NCBI RefSeq assembly: GCF_009914755.1 | Contig: NC_060932.1 | Origin: the human T2T-CHM13v2.0 reference genome, Homo sapiens | DNA: 64,000 nucleotides | Direction: 5' to 3' (one strand) | Part shown: positions 35,726 to 56,149 of the stretch, in pieces | Position numbering within the stretch: position 1 is the stretch's first letter | Layout of the letters: every line of letters begins with the position of its first letter | Program-made: the position numbers and the translations under genes | The notes under the pieces: model-generated | Told to the model about the DNA's origin: nothing | Database searches by the model: none | What the model saw: only the letters and a program-made list of their open reading frames with translations

Positions 35726-36038
35726 TTTTGTTTTTGTTTTTTAATTTTAATAAAGCCAAATGACCATGATCAGGAAGGTGAGGTCCTGAGCACCCCGAAG
35801 GAACAGGAGGTGGCCACAGAGGGGTGATGTGTTTGTGATGTGAAGAAACAGTGGATGATGACAAAGCCCTCAAGGAACCGAGAGGCCGTCTTGGGTGGAC
35901 CGTTATATGTCTGTTGACTTCACCTGGGAGGGTAGCAGGAGTGGGGGTGGGGAGAACTGAGTCAGGTGTCAAAGTCCCCTGTGACTGTCCAGGCTGCTGG
36001 AGATCAGTGGATGACAGCTTCAAGGAGGGGCACAGGTC

Positions 36039-36571
<533 letters not shown>

Positions 36572-36629
36572 TCATGAGTGCTGCCATGTGAGGCCTCACT
36601 CAAGGCTTTTGTAGGAATCGGGCAGCTAG

Positions 36630-37085
<456 letters not shown>

Positions 37086-37256
37086 TAAATTAGGGGCGTC
37101 CCTGCCTTCGCCCTATTCCTGGGCCCTCCTTCACTGTCATCCCCAGCTGTGGCTGCTCCCATGGGTATCTGTGAGGCCTAGGTTTGGGGCCCTCATCCTT
37201 GCCCCACCTGCCTTCCAGCCAAATTTTTAATCTGTGCTCCTTCCTCATCCCCCTAG

Positions 37257-37499
<243 letters not shown>

Positions 37500-37700
37500 T
37501 GAGCCTGGTCTCCAAGACTGGGGTAGAGTCGGGGGTTTCAATGCGGGTATGAAGGTACAGAGGGACTGAGCCCTGCGACCCAGGGCCAGGGTTGTGGGTG
37601 ATGCAAACATTGTGTCCTGAGAACCAGGCCTGGGGGGCAGGGATAGGAGGGTGTGGTTAGGGGTTAGGATGGCAGTGATGACGATGGACAGGAGAGGTGA

Positions 37701-38162
<462 letters not shown>

Positions 38163-38897
38163 TAACATGGATGAGGCGGCATCCTAAATGCAGGTCCCAG
38201 AAACAGACCAAGCAAAGATCCCAGCCCTTGAGGGGCTTGCTCGGCTTTCACTTGCTTGTTTATTTAGCAGCCATGAACTGAGCTCCGCTCTGCGAGAGGA
38301 CTAAGGGGCACGTGGCCTGAATCAGGCATGAGCCCTTCACTCCTGCCCCCCACCCCATACTAGGAACTCGCAGTCCAGGAGAGAGACAAGGCAGGCACCG
38401 CCCGTGACAGCATGAGCCCAAGCGGGAGCCAGGCAGGAAGAAAGGCACCCCGGCCTAACTGGGCATGTGTTGGTAGAGGCATTCGAGGCAGGGGGAGGTG
38501 CCCAGGCAGAGACACAACCCCAGCCCAGCCCAGAGTGTGCCCAGGTGACAGCAGGTCATTTACTTTGGCCGAAGCAATGGGTGTGTGAGGACAGCAGGTT
38601 GTGGGAATGATGTGGCTGCAGAGAAAGGCTGGAGTCCAGGGGGATGCCTTGAGTGCCAGACCAAGGATGCCACGAGGGAGCTTTGCAGTCTCCTCCTGGG
38701 TCCTAAGCCACCTGTCAGGGCATCCCCAGAGCTGATGGTCCACAGCCTCCCCTCTTCCCCTTCAACTCAGTCCCTGACCCAGCCCCGTCCTTCCCTCTCC
38801 CCACCTCCTCTAGCGAGACCTGAGTGCCAGGTGCACAAAAGCCAGAGGGCCTGGGGAGGAGGGTGGCCCCATGCACTGTCCTCTGCCCTTCCCAGCA

Positions 38898-39105
38898 CAG
38901 GGTCACAAACCGGAGGCCCGGAACTCCATCTGGCCCTCAGACCTGCTATGTTTGGCCCACACTGTGTTTTTTTTAAAAATGTGAGCCAACACTTAAAAGT
39001 TAGGAGTTTTCACATAAAACCCAGATGTACGGCTTCTCTCTTGAAAATGGAAGCTGTGGCGACACTGGGCCCACATTCTTCCATGACAGCCATCAGCTGG
39101 AGAAA
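38898..39105 (+). mobile_element. hAT-Charlie DNA transposon relic (MER102-like)
   Basis: Resembles recalled consensus (tttggcccac...ttcacataaaa...gcttctctcttgaaaa...acactgggcccacattc). Confidence 0.55.
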
Positions 39106-39178
39106 ATGAGCAATGCCCTCTTTAGACAAAGTGTGTGGTGCCTCGTGCCACCGCTCCATGCTGTCTTCCTCTCGGTGA

Positions 39179-39874
<696 letters not shown>

Positions 39875-40384
39875 TAGAAGTTCCTGCGGCCTCTGACCCA
39901 GGCCTGCCTCAGAACCAGTTGGCCACGGCCTGGAGCGGATGGAGCTTCCTCTGTCCCTCCTTTCCTTACCCCTCCCCCAAGGCAGCCCACCAGGGCCTGG
40001 AATGGGGGGCAGAGGTTGGCACCAGAGCCGGGGACAGGGCGCCTGAGCGGAGTGGCCCTCACCAGTCCTTTTGCCGGAGGCATAAACACTCTTGTCATTT
40101 CCTCTACCAGTTTCTCCTCCTGATGAAAGGCCAGCTTGTCCCAAAGCTCTTGCTGCTGCTGTCCCAGTGGCCCCTGGGCACTGCTTCTTGGTCCATAAAA
40201 TGGCACGTTCAGAGTCAATGAGCAAAAGTAGGCTTGATGGGCTTTTCCCTAAGGACATGGGCTAGCCTCGTGGGGAGGATTTATTTTCCTCCCTGTAAGA
40301 GCTTGCAGCTGCCTCTTCTTCTTTTTTTTTTTTTTTTTTTGTCCTTTCCTGAGGGCTTCAAAGAGACAGACTGTCTTCCTACCC

Positions 40385-40440
40385 ATCTCTCTCTCTTTCC
40401 CTCTCTCTCTCTCTCTCTCTCTCACACACATACACACACA
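40385..40440. repeat. (CT)n(CA)n compound microsatellite
   Basis: Seen directly. Confidence 0.9.
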
Positions 40441-41397
40441 CTGGCACACCCACTTGCATGCACTTTCAAATACACTGGCCCTCCTGTCACCTCCCTGTCC
40501 CCTTGCCTATCTCATGGCTGTATCCCAGGCAGCCTGGGTGCCCCAGGAAGGGTTAAAGCTCCTGGAAGCTGCAGCAGCTGCTGGACCCAGCATTGGCTGA
40601 ACCTCCCCCAGGAGCAGAGCTTCAGCCCTCGTGTGGCTGGCAGGGGCTGGGACAAGGTGGAGCCTGAAGCAGCTTGGCTGCCCTGGTGTCCCCTGGCTGC
40701 CAGGCTAGTGTCCCCTCCCCTCTTTGCTCTTTCTTCTGAATCACACACCAAATCGGATGTCCCCAGGTGTCTTCTTCCAGAGACCTCCCCCAGGCTGAGT
40801 TGACCGGAAGGAACTTGGGGAAGGATCAGGGCCTCCTGGCACAACTACTCGGAATGTCCTCAAGGTTCTCAGAAATGATTTCTTCTGTGCCTGGAAGGCC
40901 AGGGCGTTGACGTCCGATGCTCTGAGGGCTGACCTCACTCAGTAGGCTTGCAGGAGGCACCTAAGAAGGGCTCGGGAGCAGACCTTGGCCAGGTGCCAGA
41001 GGAGAGGCGGGGCAAGGGGTAGGGATGGCAGAGTCCAGGCCTGGGGGGCACTGTGCTTCTCTCCAAAACTTCCTCCACACTCCAGCAGAGAAGTGGCTGT
41101 GCCGTCTTCCCTAAGAGTCCACTGGGACAGCAGGAAGTGATGCCATTCAAAGAACTCCCTCCCTTTGCAAAATACTTTGACATCGGTGCAGTCCTTTGTT
41201 TTTCCCCAGCACCCCTCCTAGGCATGGAGAGCAGAGACCTTTTGCTCCTGTTTGTGGCTGAGGGAAGTGAGGCCCAGAGATGGGAGGTGGCTTGCCTGAG
41301 ACTACACAACTCATTTAGTAGTTATAGCAGAGCTGGGTTTACGGGAACTTAGTTCTCTTCGGCCCACGCCTCCTCCCCTCCCCAGGTTCCTCATTAA

Positions 41398-41682
<285 letters not shown>

Positions 41683-42255
41683 CCACTGCCTGAGCAGGGG
41701 CGGGGACTGGAGCCTGCTGCCCTTGGTCGCCTAGACTGGATAGTGGGGGTGGGCGGAAGGCAACGCACCATCCCTCTCCCCCAGGCCCCAGGACCTGCAG
41801 GGCCAATGGCCTGGTGAGACTGTCCATAGGAGGTGGGGGAACTGGACTCCGGCATAAGCCACTTCCCCACAAACCCCCACCAGCAAGGGGCTGGGGCCAG
41901 GGAGCAGAGCTTCCACAAGACATTTCGAAGTCATCATTCCTCTCTTAGGGGGCCCTGCCTGGTGGCAAGAGGGAATGTCAGCAGGACCCCATCGCCATCC
42001 CTGTGTCTCTACACGCTGTATTGTGTATCACCGGGGGCATTATTTTCATTGTAATGTTCATTTCCCACCCCTGCTCCAGCCTCGATTTGGTTTTATTTTG
42101 AGCCCCCATTCCACCACCCCAGTTTCCTGGGGCACAAGTGTCTGTGCATGTCCCCCAGGAGCCACCGTGGGGAGCCGATGGGGAGGGGATGGAGAAACAA
42201 GACAGGGCTTCTCTCAGGCCCAGTGGCCGGTCAGCCACACCAGGGCACCGCAGCC

Positions 42256-42261
42256 AATAAA
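42256..42261 (+). terminator. BMP1: Poly(A) signal AATAAA of the long (mTLD) BMP1 transcript
   Basis: First AATAAA after the stop; upstream TGTA motifs at about 42018-42053. Confidence 0.88.
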
Positions 42262-45234
42262 CCGAAAGTGTTACAGCCAATATCCTGTGCCAGATGCTGT
42301 CTGGGCCATGGGGGCGGGGCCATCATGTTCCAGATGTATGGGCTTGCTGTGGAGGCTGGCACGTAGCCAGGGCACCTGGCATCACGGGCTGCCCTTCCCT
42401 CCCCTGATCCCAGGCTGCCAAGGGTGTAATTTCACACTCAGGCACAGATACTCGCAGGCACCCATCACAGCGCGCACACACACCACACGCACTGCTCGCG
42501 GTCCTCCCACATGAGGGGAGGGGTGGAACATTCCATAAAGTGGCTGTTTGGTGGGGAGGGAAGAAGGATGTGAAAGGGGTCAGGGGTGTCTGTCCGTCTG
42601 GGTTTTCTGTCTCTGCATCTAGGGAAGGAGTAGGTGGGCTGCAAGGGTGTCCACCTAGGTGAGCACACGGGGGCCAGAAAACCCACATCGGCTGGGACAG
42701 GTCCAGTTGGCCCCTGGTGCCTGTCTTCCTGCCGGTCAGATGCTGAGTGCTGGTCCCCATGGATCCCCCTGTCTTCGTGGAGACAAGAGCCAGAACTCAG
42801 CGGCCACTGAGCAAACATCCCAGCTCTGGCCCCACTTCCCAGGTGACCCAAATCTATGTCTTGTCTGGCCTCCTTCTTCCTGCCATCGCACACCCCGCTT
42901 CCCCATCCCAGACCTGTACCTCCCAGAGGCCAGGAGGAGAAACCACATCTCAGTTCCCTCTCTCCCCTCTCTCTACATGGATCTCAAAAGGAAAGAAAGC
43001 CCAGGGCAGCCCCGGCTCTTACGCCCGGGCTGGGCGCTCCCAGGGTCCGGGGAGAGCTGGGCGGCCTGCTCTCTGGACCCGCAGGGGCCCCCACCCCCAG
43101 GAAGCAGCCTGGCATGGGGGACTCCATCTTGGCCCTCTAAGCAGAAGGTATCAGTGGAAAGCAGGCACACTGCGAGTGTTGGATGTGTACGCAGGGCCCT
43201 CTTCTTCCAGGAAGCCCACCTGCTCTACTGCTCAGGCTGTAGCTGTCTCCTCGAGGCCTGACCACCAGTGTGGCCCCAGGGCCCTGAGAGAGAGCTAGAG
43301 GTGCCCAGAGGGGTTACTGCTTGTTGCACCAGTAGAGTCACAGGCTGTGATGTCACAGCCACTCCTCCCTGCTGCTGCTTCCTCTGAAAGGGAGGCTTAG
43401 GACAGCCTGGAGGGCCATGACAGAATGGAAAAACCTCTACACTGGTGGAGCTGCCTGGGCATCTCACCCAGACACTGCCCACCCACTTGGCATGAGCTCT
43501 GCCACGGAGTTGGTGGTCAGTGGCCATAGATCTCCTTACCAGCCCTCTGGGTCCTTCGGAAGCTCAAAGGACCACAGTCCCAGCTCACAGGCCAGGGTCA
43601 TAACCCTGTCCAGGCAGGGGCTTCAGCCCACAGAGATACATTGGGTCCCCCACCCCAAACAGGGTCCTTATGGACAGCAACCCCCAGCTAGAGGAAGGCT
43701 CAGGATAACCCATGCAGCCACCTTGGCACACGTCTCAACACTCCATCACCCACAAACATGGGTTCTTCCAGCAACTCAAGAACCCACGCCAGCGAGCCCT
43801 CCAGACGTTCCATAGGCCCCTCTTCAGAGGTAGGCAAGGGGCTGTGGTGCCCTAGGTCCAGGGTAGGCCCAGCCAGGGGAGCTTCGGCACAGAGTATCTC
43901 AGAGAGCACCCACACCCAAACGGAAGCAGTGCAGGAGCCCCGGCCACCGTGGGCGCTCCCAACCCACCCCATGGAGTGAATAAAGATCCTGAAGACCGCC
44001 GAGGAGGTCCACATGGCGGTTCCGGATCTTCTGCCCTGGTCAGCCAAGAAGCAGGGGTACAGGCCTGTCTGGATGCCCAGATGTCCACCCGCAGGTGCTT
44101 GCAATTGGGCAGGAGGCAGCCCAAAGCATGGATAAGGGCGTCCATTTGATAGAGAGGGAGGAGAGGGGAGGACAAAGAGGAAGAGGACAGGGAGGAAGAG
44201 GAGGAACACTCAGAGGACGGAGGCTAGAGAGTGCTGAGGAAGACAAGATGGTGGCTGGAGAGGAGGAGGGGAGGAAGGAGAGAGAGGATGGAGAGGAAGG
44301 GGAGGAAGGGGAGGAGGAGCAAGGATCCGCCTCCTCAGGTGATGGAAGCCCCTCAGGAGCTGGCTGCAGGCCACTGATGTGTATTTCAGAATTTGGTAAA
44401 TTGATGTGTTCTGTGGGCCCATCCTACCCTCACCTTCTAGCTGCCCAGGGTTCTAGACGAGCCCCCCACCCCCACCCAGTGCAGCTGCCCCTCTGCGCAG
44501 GTGATTCCATGGTAGAGGAAGGTACACTTGCTCCTCCTCCTGTGTCCCAGCACCTCAGGTCCCCTGGGGGCTTAGCTGAGGTCCCCTGGGGTCCTGAGCT
44601 CATGATAAGCATTCGCATGGGAAAAGCCGGGATGCAGCTGCCCCGACCCTACACTCCCAGCCCCAGTAGCCAGGTCAAGGTGAGCACATCCCTGGGAGCT
44701 TCGAACTTTCTGGAGCCCTCGGCCAAGAGGGCAGCATGAGCCTGGCAGTCAGGAGACCTGGCTCTGCTACGCTTAGCTCTGTGACACTGGCCCACTGCCC
44801 CCTCCCTGGTCCTCTGCTCCCCAAACCTATCACCTGTTCCCAGCACCCTTCCTGCCACGTCCTGAGAGACAGATTTGAAAATCCAACGTCTTGTCTCCGA
44901 AGCAGTCAGAGGGCAGGGCACCAGGCAATTGAAGTGACTGGGACCCTCAGCAGAGATGTGGCAGCTTCCAGGGACAAGTGTTGGCTCAGTTGTAAAATAA
45001 GGAAAGTTGAGTGCCTGGCTCTGTCCCTCACTCCCTTTTTCTCTTTTTCCCTGCCCCTCCCTCTAACCCCACAGGATCCCCAGTAGTAAAAAAGCGACAA
45101 ACTTGAGAGCAAACAAAACCCATTTTGAACACCAGCCCCACCATTTGGTGGCTACGTGACCCTGGAAGAGTCACTTCTTTGAACTTCAGGTTCTTCATGG
45201 ATAAGTGTGGGATGATACGGTTATGAAGGAATGA

Positions 45235-45510
45235 GGCCAGGCACGGTGGCTCATGTCTGTAATCCCAGTGCTTTGGGAGTCTGAGGTGGGAGGATCACTT
45301 GAGCCCAGGAGTTTGAGACTAGCCTGAGCAACATAGCGAGACCCTGTCTCTACAAAAAATGTTTAAAAATTTATCCGGGAGTGGTGGTGCATGCCTGTAG
45401 TCCTAGCTATATGGGAGGCTGACGTGGGAGGACTGCTTGAGCTGGGAGGTTGAGGCTGCAGTGGGCCGAGATCACACCACTGCACTCCAGTCTGAGTGAC
45501 AGGAAAAAAA
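45235..45510 (+). mobile_element. Alu inserted in a MIR
   Basis: Alu consensus; TSD aaggaatgag. Confidence 0.85.
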
Positions 45511-47139
45511 GAAGGAATGAGTTAACCTTTGAAGACAGCCGGTCACAGTGCCTGGCAAAAGGGGGCTCTTAATAAATGGGCCTGCTTTTCCTTTCCTCTG
45601 CTCGCTCCCAGACGACTCCACTCCTGTATTAAAAGGAAACTTTCAGGTACAAAAGTAGTTTCCAGGTGGGCACTAGGAGCTTAGTGTAGAACTTCCCCTG
45701 CCGGAGGGGCACCGCTGAGCCCACAGCAAGGAGGGGGCTTCAGGGCAGCAAGGGACATACTTCTGGCGAGCTGGTGGCCTCCCAAGCCACACCCTGTACT
45801 TGACTGTCCCTACGCACAAGGCCGATTCTAGAATCCGAAAAGCTTTGTTGCTCCGGTTTGCAAAAATAGTAATGCCTGACTTGGAGAGTGGGGGACAGGG
45901 CAGCCAGATGTCTTCCCCAGAGAACCCTGAGCCCCCAGCCCAGCCTCCCGCCAACCAGAGCTGCTGCCTCTGCTGCCCCAGCCCCCTCCATCCCACACCC
46001 TCCCTTCCCCCACCCCTTGAACATCTGGTTCCAATCTCCTCCAGATGTTGTGGCCAAGCTGTTTTATGGCCAATCACCTCGGCTCCGCTTCCTGAAGGCC
46101 TCCCTCCACTTTGGGGAATGGACCCTCCTCGTCCCTTTCCTTGGGACTCCAGCCACCTCTTTCCTAACCTGGAGAAGAGACACATACCAAAGCCAAATGA
46201 AACTGCTAGCGTCCTCAGAGCGGGCGCCTCCCCTCCCTCCACTTTGTGGGATGCCCAGGTTAAAATGAAAGATGCTGGTCCAGGGGCAGAGGAACGGCAG
46301 GGAAGTATGGGTGCGCGCCCGAGCAGAGGAGTTTCAGTTGTGAGTTGTGTGTGTGTCGGGGACCAAGCGCGTGCCACCACGTGTTTGTGTCAGGTATGTC
46401 TGTGTGTTTGTGCCTGCACAGCGGAACCCCTCACCTGGCATCTGAAGCTTCCCCTTGTGGCCGCCACCTCGTTTTCCCTGGCTGCCTGCACTGCCGGAAA
46501 GAACTAACTCGGGGCCCCTCAGCTGGACAGTGGCAGCTACGGGTTCAGGGTTGTCCCTCACCTTGCAGCTGTCTGTGGCCTTCTAGGCTGTCCTCTAAAT
46601 CCAGCCCAGCGGGGGCGGTGCATGTGTAGGCGTGTGTGTGTGCATGTGTGTGTGCACTCCCACGTGGACCTCTCTCCTTCCACCAAGTCAGAATAGGCCA
46701 GAAAGGACCCCAGGGCGGACTCCAGCGGACGCTCTGACCCAGCTCTGTCTGACTGGTGCTTCGAGCGAGTATGGCAGGGCTGGCTGTGCGCCGGGACTCA
46801 CCATCTGGACAGAGGAAGGAGAAGCAGAAGGCTCTCTGAAGGAACCTGCCTGGGGCTTCCCACAATCCTACCTCCATTCTGCCTTCATGCTCCACCATGA
46901 GGGCTCTGGGAGCCAATCTCTCCTCTCCTCCCAAGAAACCCAAAAGGGTTCATAAAAGGAAGACTGGAGCCTGCCCCTCTGGAGGACTGAAACCCTCTCA
47001 GCTGGGAGTGGAGAATCCTGTGCAGGCCCGCCCAGAGGCAGAAGGGTTGGCCCCGAGTCACTCCATTCTCAGAATGCTGGATTTGAGGTACTGCCCACTA
47101 CTCCCTTTGTTTTTCAAAAGTTGGGGTCTCGCTCTGTGA

Positions 47140-47247
<108 letters not shown>

Positions 47248-47841
47248 TGATACCATGGTCCGGCTCCGCTCCACTATGCCTTTAAAATAAGCTTCTGTGC
47301 CCTCCGTGACTCCATAGCCTCCCCCCGCCCACCCCTGTGATATTCTGGAACTAGGCACAGACGTGCTTAACTGGTGTTGTGGAGGGGACCCCTGGGGGTG
47401 TCACTGTGTCTGAAACAGGACTGTCCCAGGTAGCCCCTGACATACACTAGAGGAGACAGGCACAGGGCAGAAAATGGGAAGATTCTGGTATCTCAATCAA
47501 AGCCTGGGCACTGTCACTTACAGGCTGTAAGACATGGGCAAGGCTTTGTGCCTCAGTTTCTACTTCTGTTAAGTGGGAATAATACTCCCCAGGACCATCG
47601 TGAAGACTAAAGAAGCTGATGTGTGTGACAGCACCCAGGTGCCTGGTGCATAGTAGGCCCTCAGGAGCCATCATCTGCCCTTCTGCTTTCCTTTCTACCC
47701 CAAAAAGGCTGTGCCCTGAGCTCTGGATGACACACGTGAACATGGCCTTGAGTCAGGCAGTGTTGGTGAGGACTCTGACTTCTTTAGAGCTTTTCTACTC
47801 CAGCAGAGGACCATATCAATAAGTCCATAACAATAGATGCA

Positions 47842-48483
<642 letters not shown>

Positions 48484-48869
48484 CTATAAACGGGAGCTGT
48501 GTTGGGGAGCGGGGACACTCAGGCACTTGGGACAGGGACATTTGGTGGCATCTGGGTCTGGAGCAATGGCAAGCTGCTGTAGTAGGAAGGCTTCAAAAGC
48601 TCCAAACGGGGCCTCCAGATGCTGTGAGTCCTCTCCTAGGACGCCCCATGTGGGAGGCCCCATATGGGAAACACTGGGTGGGACCAAAAGACTCCAAAGT
48701 CCCTTCCAAGCTGGAGACTCAGCTCTACATCCTGAGCCCCGCCTCCCACAATGGACGAGGTGCTCCCTTGGAGCTGATTTCAGGTCGCCTGTCCTGGGGG
48801 CATTCCCACCTGAGCTCCTCTGTGGTTTGCAGAACTCACCCATACCATCACTGGCCCAAAGGGATGGGG

Positions 48870-49668
<799 letters not shown>

Positions 49669-49692
49669 AGCAGGGCCCTCAGGCCATGGTGG

Positions 49693-49698
49693 TTTATT
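49693..49698 (-). terminator. PHYHIP: PHYHIP poly(A) signal AATAAA
   Basis: tttatt on plus strand, about 1.6 kb downstream of the PHYHIP stop. Confidence 0.85.
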
Positions 49699-51306
49699 GA
49701 TGCACGTCGCAAGCACAGCACAGGCAGGCGGACCCCAGCCCCGGGGGGACATGAGGGCCAGGGGAGGGCAGTGGGCCACCCCCACAGCAATGCTGTCAGC
49801 ACAGGGGGAAGGAAAGGGCCTGGGCCATGTTCTCTCCTTCTCCACACCTCTCCCCAAGCCTCCAGGCCTCCTGACTCATCCCAGAGAGACAGCTGGCCAC
49901 ACAACTGCCCCTGGCTACAGATAGGTGACCGTTGTCCACCTGTCCCTCACCGAGGTATGGCCTTGCCGGCCCGCTGCTGCTTCCGTCCTTCATCACGAAA
50001 ATCCAGCTGCTCATCCATCATCTCTGTCACCTCTGAGAAAGTCACTGTGAGGCTGCACTCTCCTCTGCCTGATGTCACCTCCATCATCCCCCAAACAGCC
50101 GGCTGCTGCTGTCAGCCCCTCCCACAGGCTCTCTGTTTGCTTTGTTGATTGTAGGGAGTCCACCCTCGTGACCTGTGTGACAGTAGGAATGAGGCAAAAA
50201 CACAAGGAGGCCCGGGAAGGACTTCACCAAGAACTCCCCGGGGAGGGGCTCCCGGCCAGCAGGGTGGCAGGAGAGCAGACAGAGCCAGTGGGGAGGGGAG
50301 AGGCGGAGCAGCAGAGGGTCCACAGTCCAGGTCACGCATGGGCACAGTACAGTCATGGCACCATGGCAGAGCGAGTGAGCAAAGTGCACAGCTGGGCGGG
50401 GTGCCGGGGCCCGCGGGACAGCTTACAGGTCTCACGTTCCATGCCAGGCCCCAGCAGAGCATGAGGCGGCCCACTCCCAGCTGAGGAAGGGGCACCTCTG
50501 GGTCTCAGGGGTCTCCTCCCCCTCCTCAACCCCAGTGGCTGCTGTCTCAGACCCCTGCACTCTAAGCAAGGAGAAGGTATGCTGGGGTATGGAAGGAAGG
50601 AACATCCGACAGCCTGACGCCCCCAGTGCCAAGAGAAGAAAGAGAGTTCCTTTCTAGAGAGCAGGGGGAGTGTCCCGGTGGGCAGGTGGAGAAGGAGGGA
50701 CAGCTCTCCCATGCAGGAAGAGGGTTCTTTGGGGCAAGGAGCAGCCAGGGAGTCACGGTGGTGCAGGAGACTATTTATAGAAGGAAGGGATCCAGGCCTG
50801 GAGTGGGAAGCCCCAGAGACCCAGCTCAGCAGGGAGGGGGCATTCTGTGGTTGGCCCTGAGTGGGGTGAGTGGGACTAAGAAAGATCGCCCCACAGCTCT
50901 CTGCATCTCTTCTGGAGGCAGCCAAGCTACCCATGGGCTTTGGCCCAGAGGGGCTTCCCTGGGAGAGCCCAGGAGGTGGGCAGGTCTTTGGGAGATAGAG
51001 ACCTGGACGAGGCAAAGAACAGTAGGACAAGGAAACCAGAGGAAAGGGGAAGTTCTCCAGAAGTCCAGCCCAGCTGCCAACTACAGAGGCTGAGAAGCCT
51101 TTCCATGTCCACCAGGCTGGGTGTGGGCCACACTTACCAAGAGGACCACCGTCTGTTGCCTCCAATGCCAAGGGGCGAGGGGAGGGCAGCTGGGCAGAGT
51201 GGAGGGAGCAGGGGGGCAGGAGAGAGAAAGCCAGCTCCCTGAACCTGGGCTACCCACCTCCACCTTCCGCTCATCTCTCCCTCGCCCCCCAGCTCCCCAG
51301 GAGTCC

Positions 51307-52050
<744 letters not shown>

Positions 52051-53034
52051 TCAGAGAAGAGATATGAAGCTGTCACTCCCCAGCTTGAAACCCTTTGATG
52101 GGGTGTGTGTGAAAAACACGGCGGCTCATGATCTGATCTCTGTGGTCTCCTTGCCACTCCCCACCTCCTGCCACCCCATCCACTTACCCACCCCCTGCAC
52201 ACACAGTCTCCTGCCTCCGTGACCCCTATGCAGGACTCTTCCCTCTGCTGCACTGACTGCCCTCTCCACCTTCCTCCGTCTGGCTTGGCAAACTTCTAAT
52301 TAGCCTTCAAGCTTCAGTCAAGCGTCTGCTCCCCTCTAAAACCTCCCAGGAACAGCAGACACCTGCACTTGACAAATTTTTGGCTTCCTACTATGTGCAG
52401 GACACCCAATCTTCTCACTATGTTGCCCAGGCTGGACTTGAACTCCTGGCCTCAAGTGATCCTCCTGCTTCAGCCTCCCAAAGTGCTAGGATTGCAGGTG
52501 TGAGCCACTTCACCTGGCCAGGACACTGAACTGTGCTCAACAATTACACGTACTTTTTACATGAAATCTTTCCATACTGTCTCTCTGACTGGATTCTGAG
52601 GTTCTCAAAAGAGTGAACTGTGCCTTTATCTTTACATCCTGGCACCAAGTAAGGTGCCTGGCACCCATGAGTGCTCTCTATCTCTCCCACTCTCGCTGAT
52701 AAAGGAGCCCAAACTGGGCCACTGACTTGCTTTCCAGGCTGGAGTGCAGTGGTGCAATCACAGCTCACTGCAAGCTCGAACTCCTGGGCTCAAGCAATCC
52801 ACACCCGGCTAATTCTTTAAATTTTTTGCAGAGGCTGGGGTCTCACTATGTTGCTCAGGCTAGTCTTGAACTCTTGGGGTCAAGAGATCCCATCTCGGCC
52901 TCCCAACGTGGTAGGATTACAGGCTTGAGCCACCAAGCAGGCCTTGCTTCTTTAATACAAACCCCAAAGACTCCCAAGGTCCTCACTGCCCTGAGGTTAA
53001 AACTGCCCTGACTGTAAGGATAAAGACAGACAGA

Positions 53035-53335
53035 GGCCGGGCGTGGTGGCTCATGCCTGTAATCCCAGGACCTTGGGAGGCCGAGGTGGGCGGATCACCT
53101 GAGGTCAGGAGTTTGAGACCAGCCTGGCCAACATGGTGAAACCCCACTTCATTAAAAATACAAAAATTAGCCGGGCATGGTGGCGCATACCTGTGGTCCC
53201 AGCTACTCAAGAGGCTGAGGCAGGAGAATCATTTTAACCCAGAAGGCAGAGGTTGTAGTGAGCAGAGATCGCGCCCCTGCACTCCAGCCTGGGTGACAGA
53301 GAAGACGCCATCTCAAAAAAAAAAAAAAAAAAAAA
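53035..53335 (+). mobile_element. Alu (antisense partial Alus nearby at about 52410-52520 and 52730-52945)
   Basis: Alu consensus. Confidence 0.88.
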
Positions 53336-53929
53336 GGCAGAGCAGCTGCTTGCCCTGGCTGAGCCTCAGAAGGATGCGGCCTTGGAGCACTTGCCAGCAG
53401 GCCCGGGGATGGTGGGTACTCCTGGTCCTGCCTCACATTGCCTGGTCCTGGCTGTCCTCAGTAACAAGTGACTCCCTGGCTCGAATGAACAAGTGCTTCC
53501 CTCTGGGCCTCAGGCTCCTCTTCTGTAGGCTGAGGGTGTTGGATCAGATCACCAATTTTCAAACACTTTTGGACTGCAGCAACTCTCTTTTTATCCCCAA
53601 AAGAAATTATACGTGGAAGGGTCACAGGCAAATAAAATTGAGGCTACTCTGACTGGAGGTCAGGTGTGGGGCCCACCAAGCCTCAACCTCTGGTCCCCCC
53701 AACCCCATGGCAGCATTCTAAGGGGTTCACTGACATGTCTCCCTGGAGGGAGCACCCAGTTTGAAAACCGACGAGCTGGGTGCTTCCTCGAACCCTTTGT
53801 GATCAGAACACTCATTTTGTGCACTCCCTGCCACCTTCCCTTTGGCCCCAGGGCCTGAATCGGAGAGACCTGTGGTGGTAGACCCCTGTGAAAGGAACTG
53901 TCCCAGAGTGGGAGCAAACCCAGACCTCA

Positions 53930-54508
<579 letters not shown>

Positions 54509-55164
54509 TCATCACCTCTGCAACCACATTGCCAGAGGCTCCGGGCTCTCCGGGTCAGAAAAAGGCAGAGGGCTGCCCAGTTATCCTGCCAGGGTCCTCA
54601 GGGGCTGTGATCCCAGGCCATCCTCATGTGAAAAGAGGACCCCTGGGAAAAAGGAAGACTTGAGACGGGAGGGCTTGAGGTCCTTTTGGGAAAGTCTCTC
54701 AAATACAGTAGATAGGAGGCTGCCCACACCACCCCCATGGAAGCCAGCTGTAATTACAGGTGACGGCTCGTGAGGGTCTAGGGAGAACTGAGCCCAGGCA
54801 ATGTTTAGGCAGTCCTGGGTCTGGAGCAATGGCTCTCAGCTTGAGCATCTCAGGAGAAACAGGGAAGGCTGGAAACAGGATAGCAACATTGAACCCTGGG
54901 GCCCCAGCAAGGCTGCTGCTGGCACATACAGCTCCTTGGTACAAATTAGAAGATGCCCTTCCCTCTTTGTGGCTGCATCCCTGGCCAGGGTGCTTGGTTT
55001 GGAGAGAGGAGTGTGGACTGGATTGCAGCCAGATCTCCAATTTGAATTAAATGCCCACTGCACATGGAGGTCTCAGGGGTAAACCAAGAAGCTTTCCCCA
55101 CCAGGAGCAAGAGGCCTCCAGAGAGTGGGGTTCTGCAGCAGAGCTAAGAAAAAACACCACTCAA

Positions 55165-56044
<880 letters not shown>

Positions 56045-56149
56045 TTAAGTTCTGCTAAGAGAGTTTGCGGGGCCATTGACCAGGGGCCATTTTCCCAGGC
56101 TACGTGAAGGCTCAGAACAAGTGAAATGTGATTGCCTCACCAAGTGCAC

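Noticed and set aside
43979-43984. Additional plus-strand AATAAA downstream of BMP1
   Set aside because: No clear U/GU-rich downstream element; the signal at 42256 already explains the 3' end
44095-44739. 214-aa Glu/Gly-rich ORF
   Set aside because: Composition explained by the GA-rich low-complexity tract; TTG start
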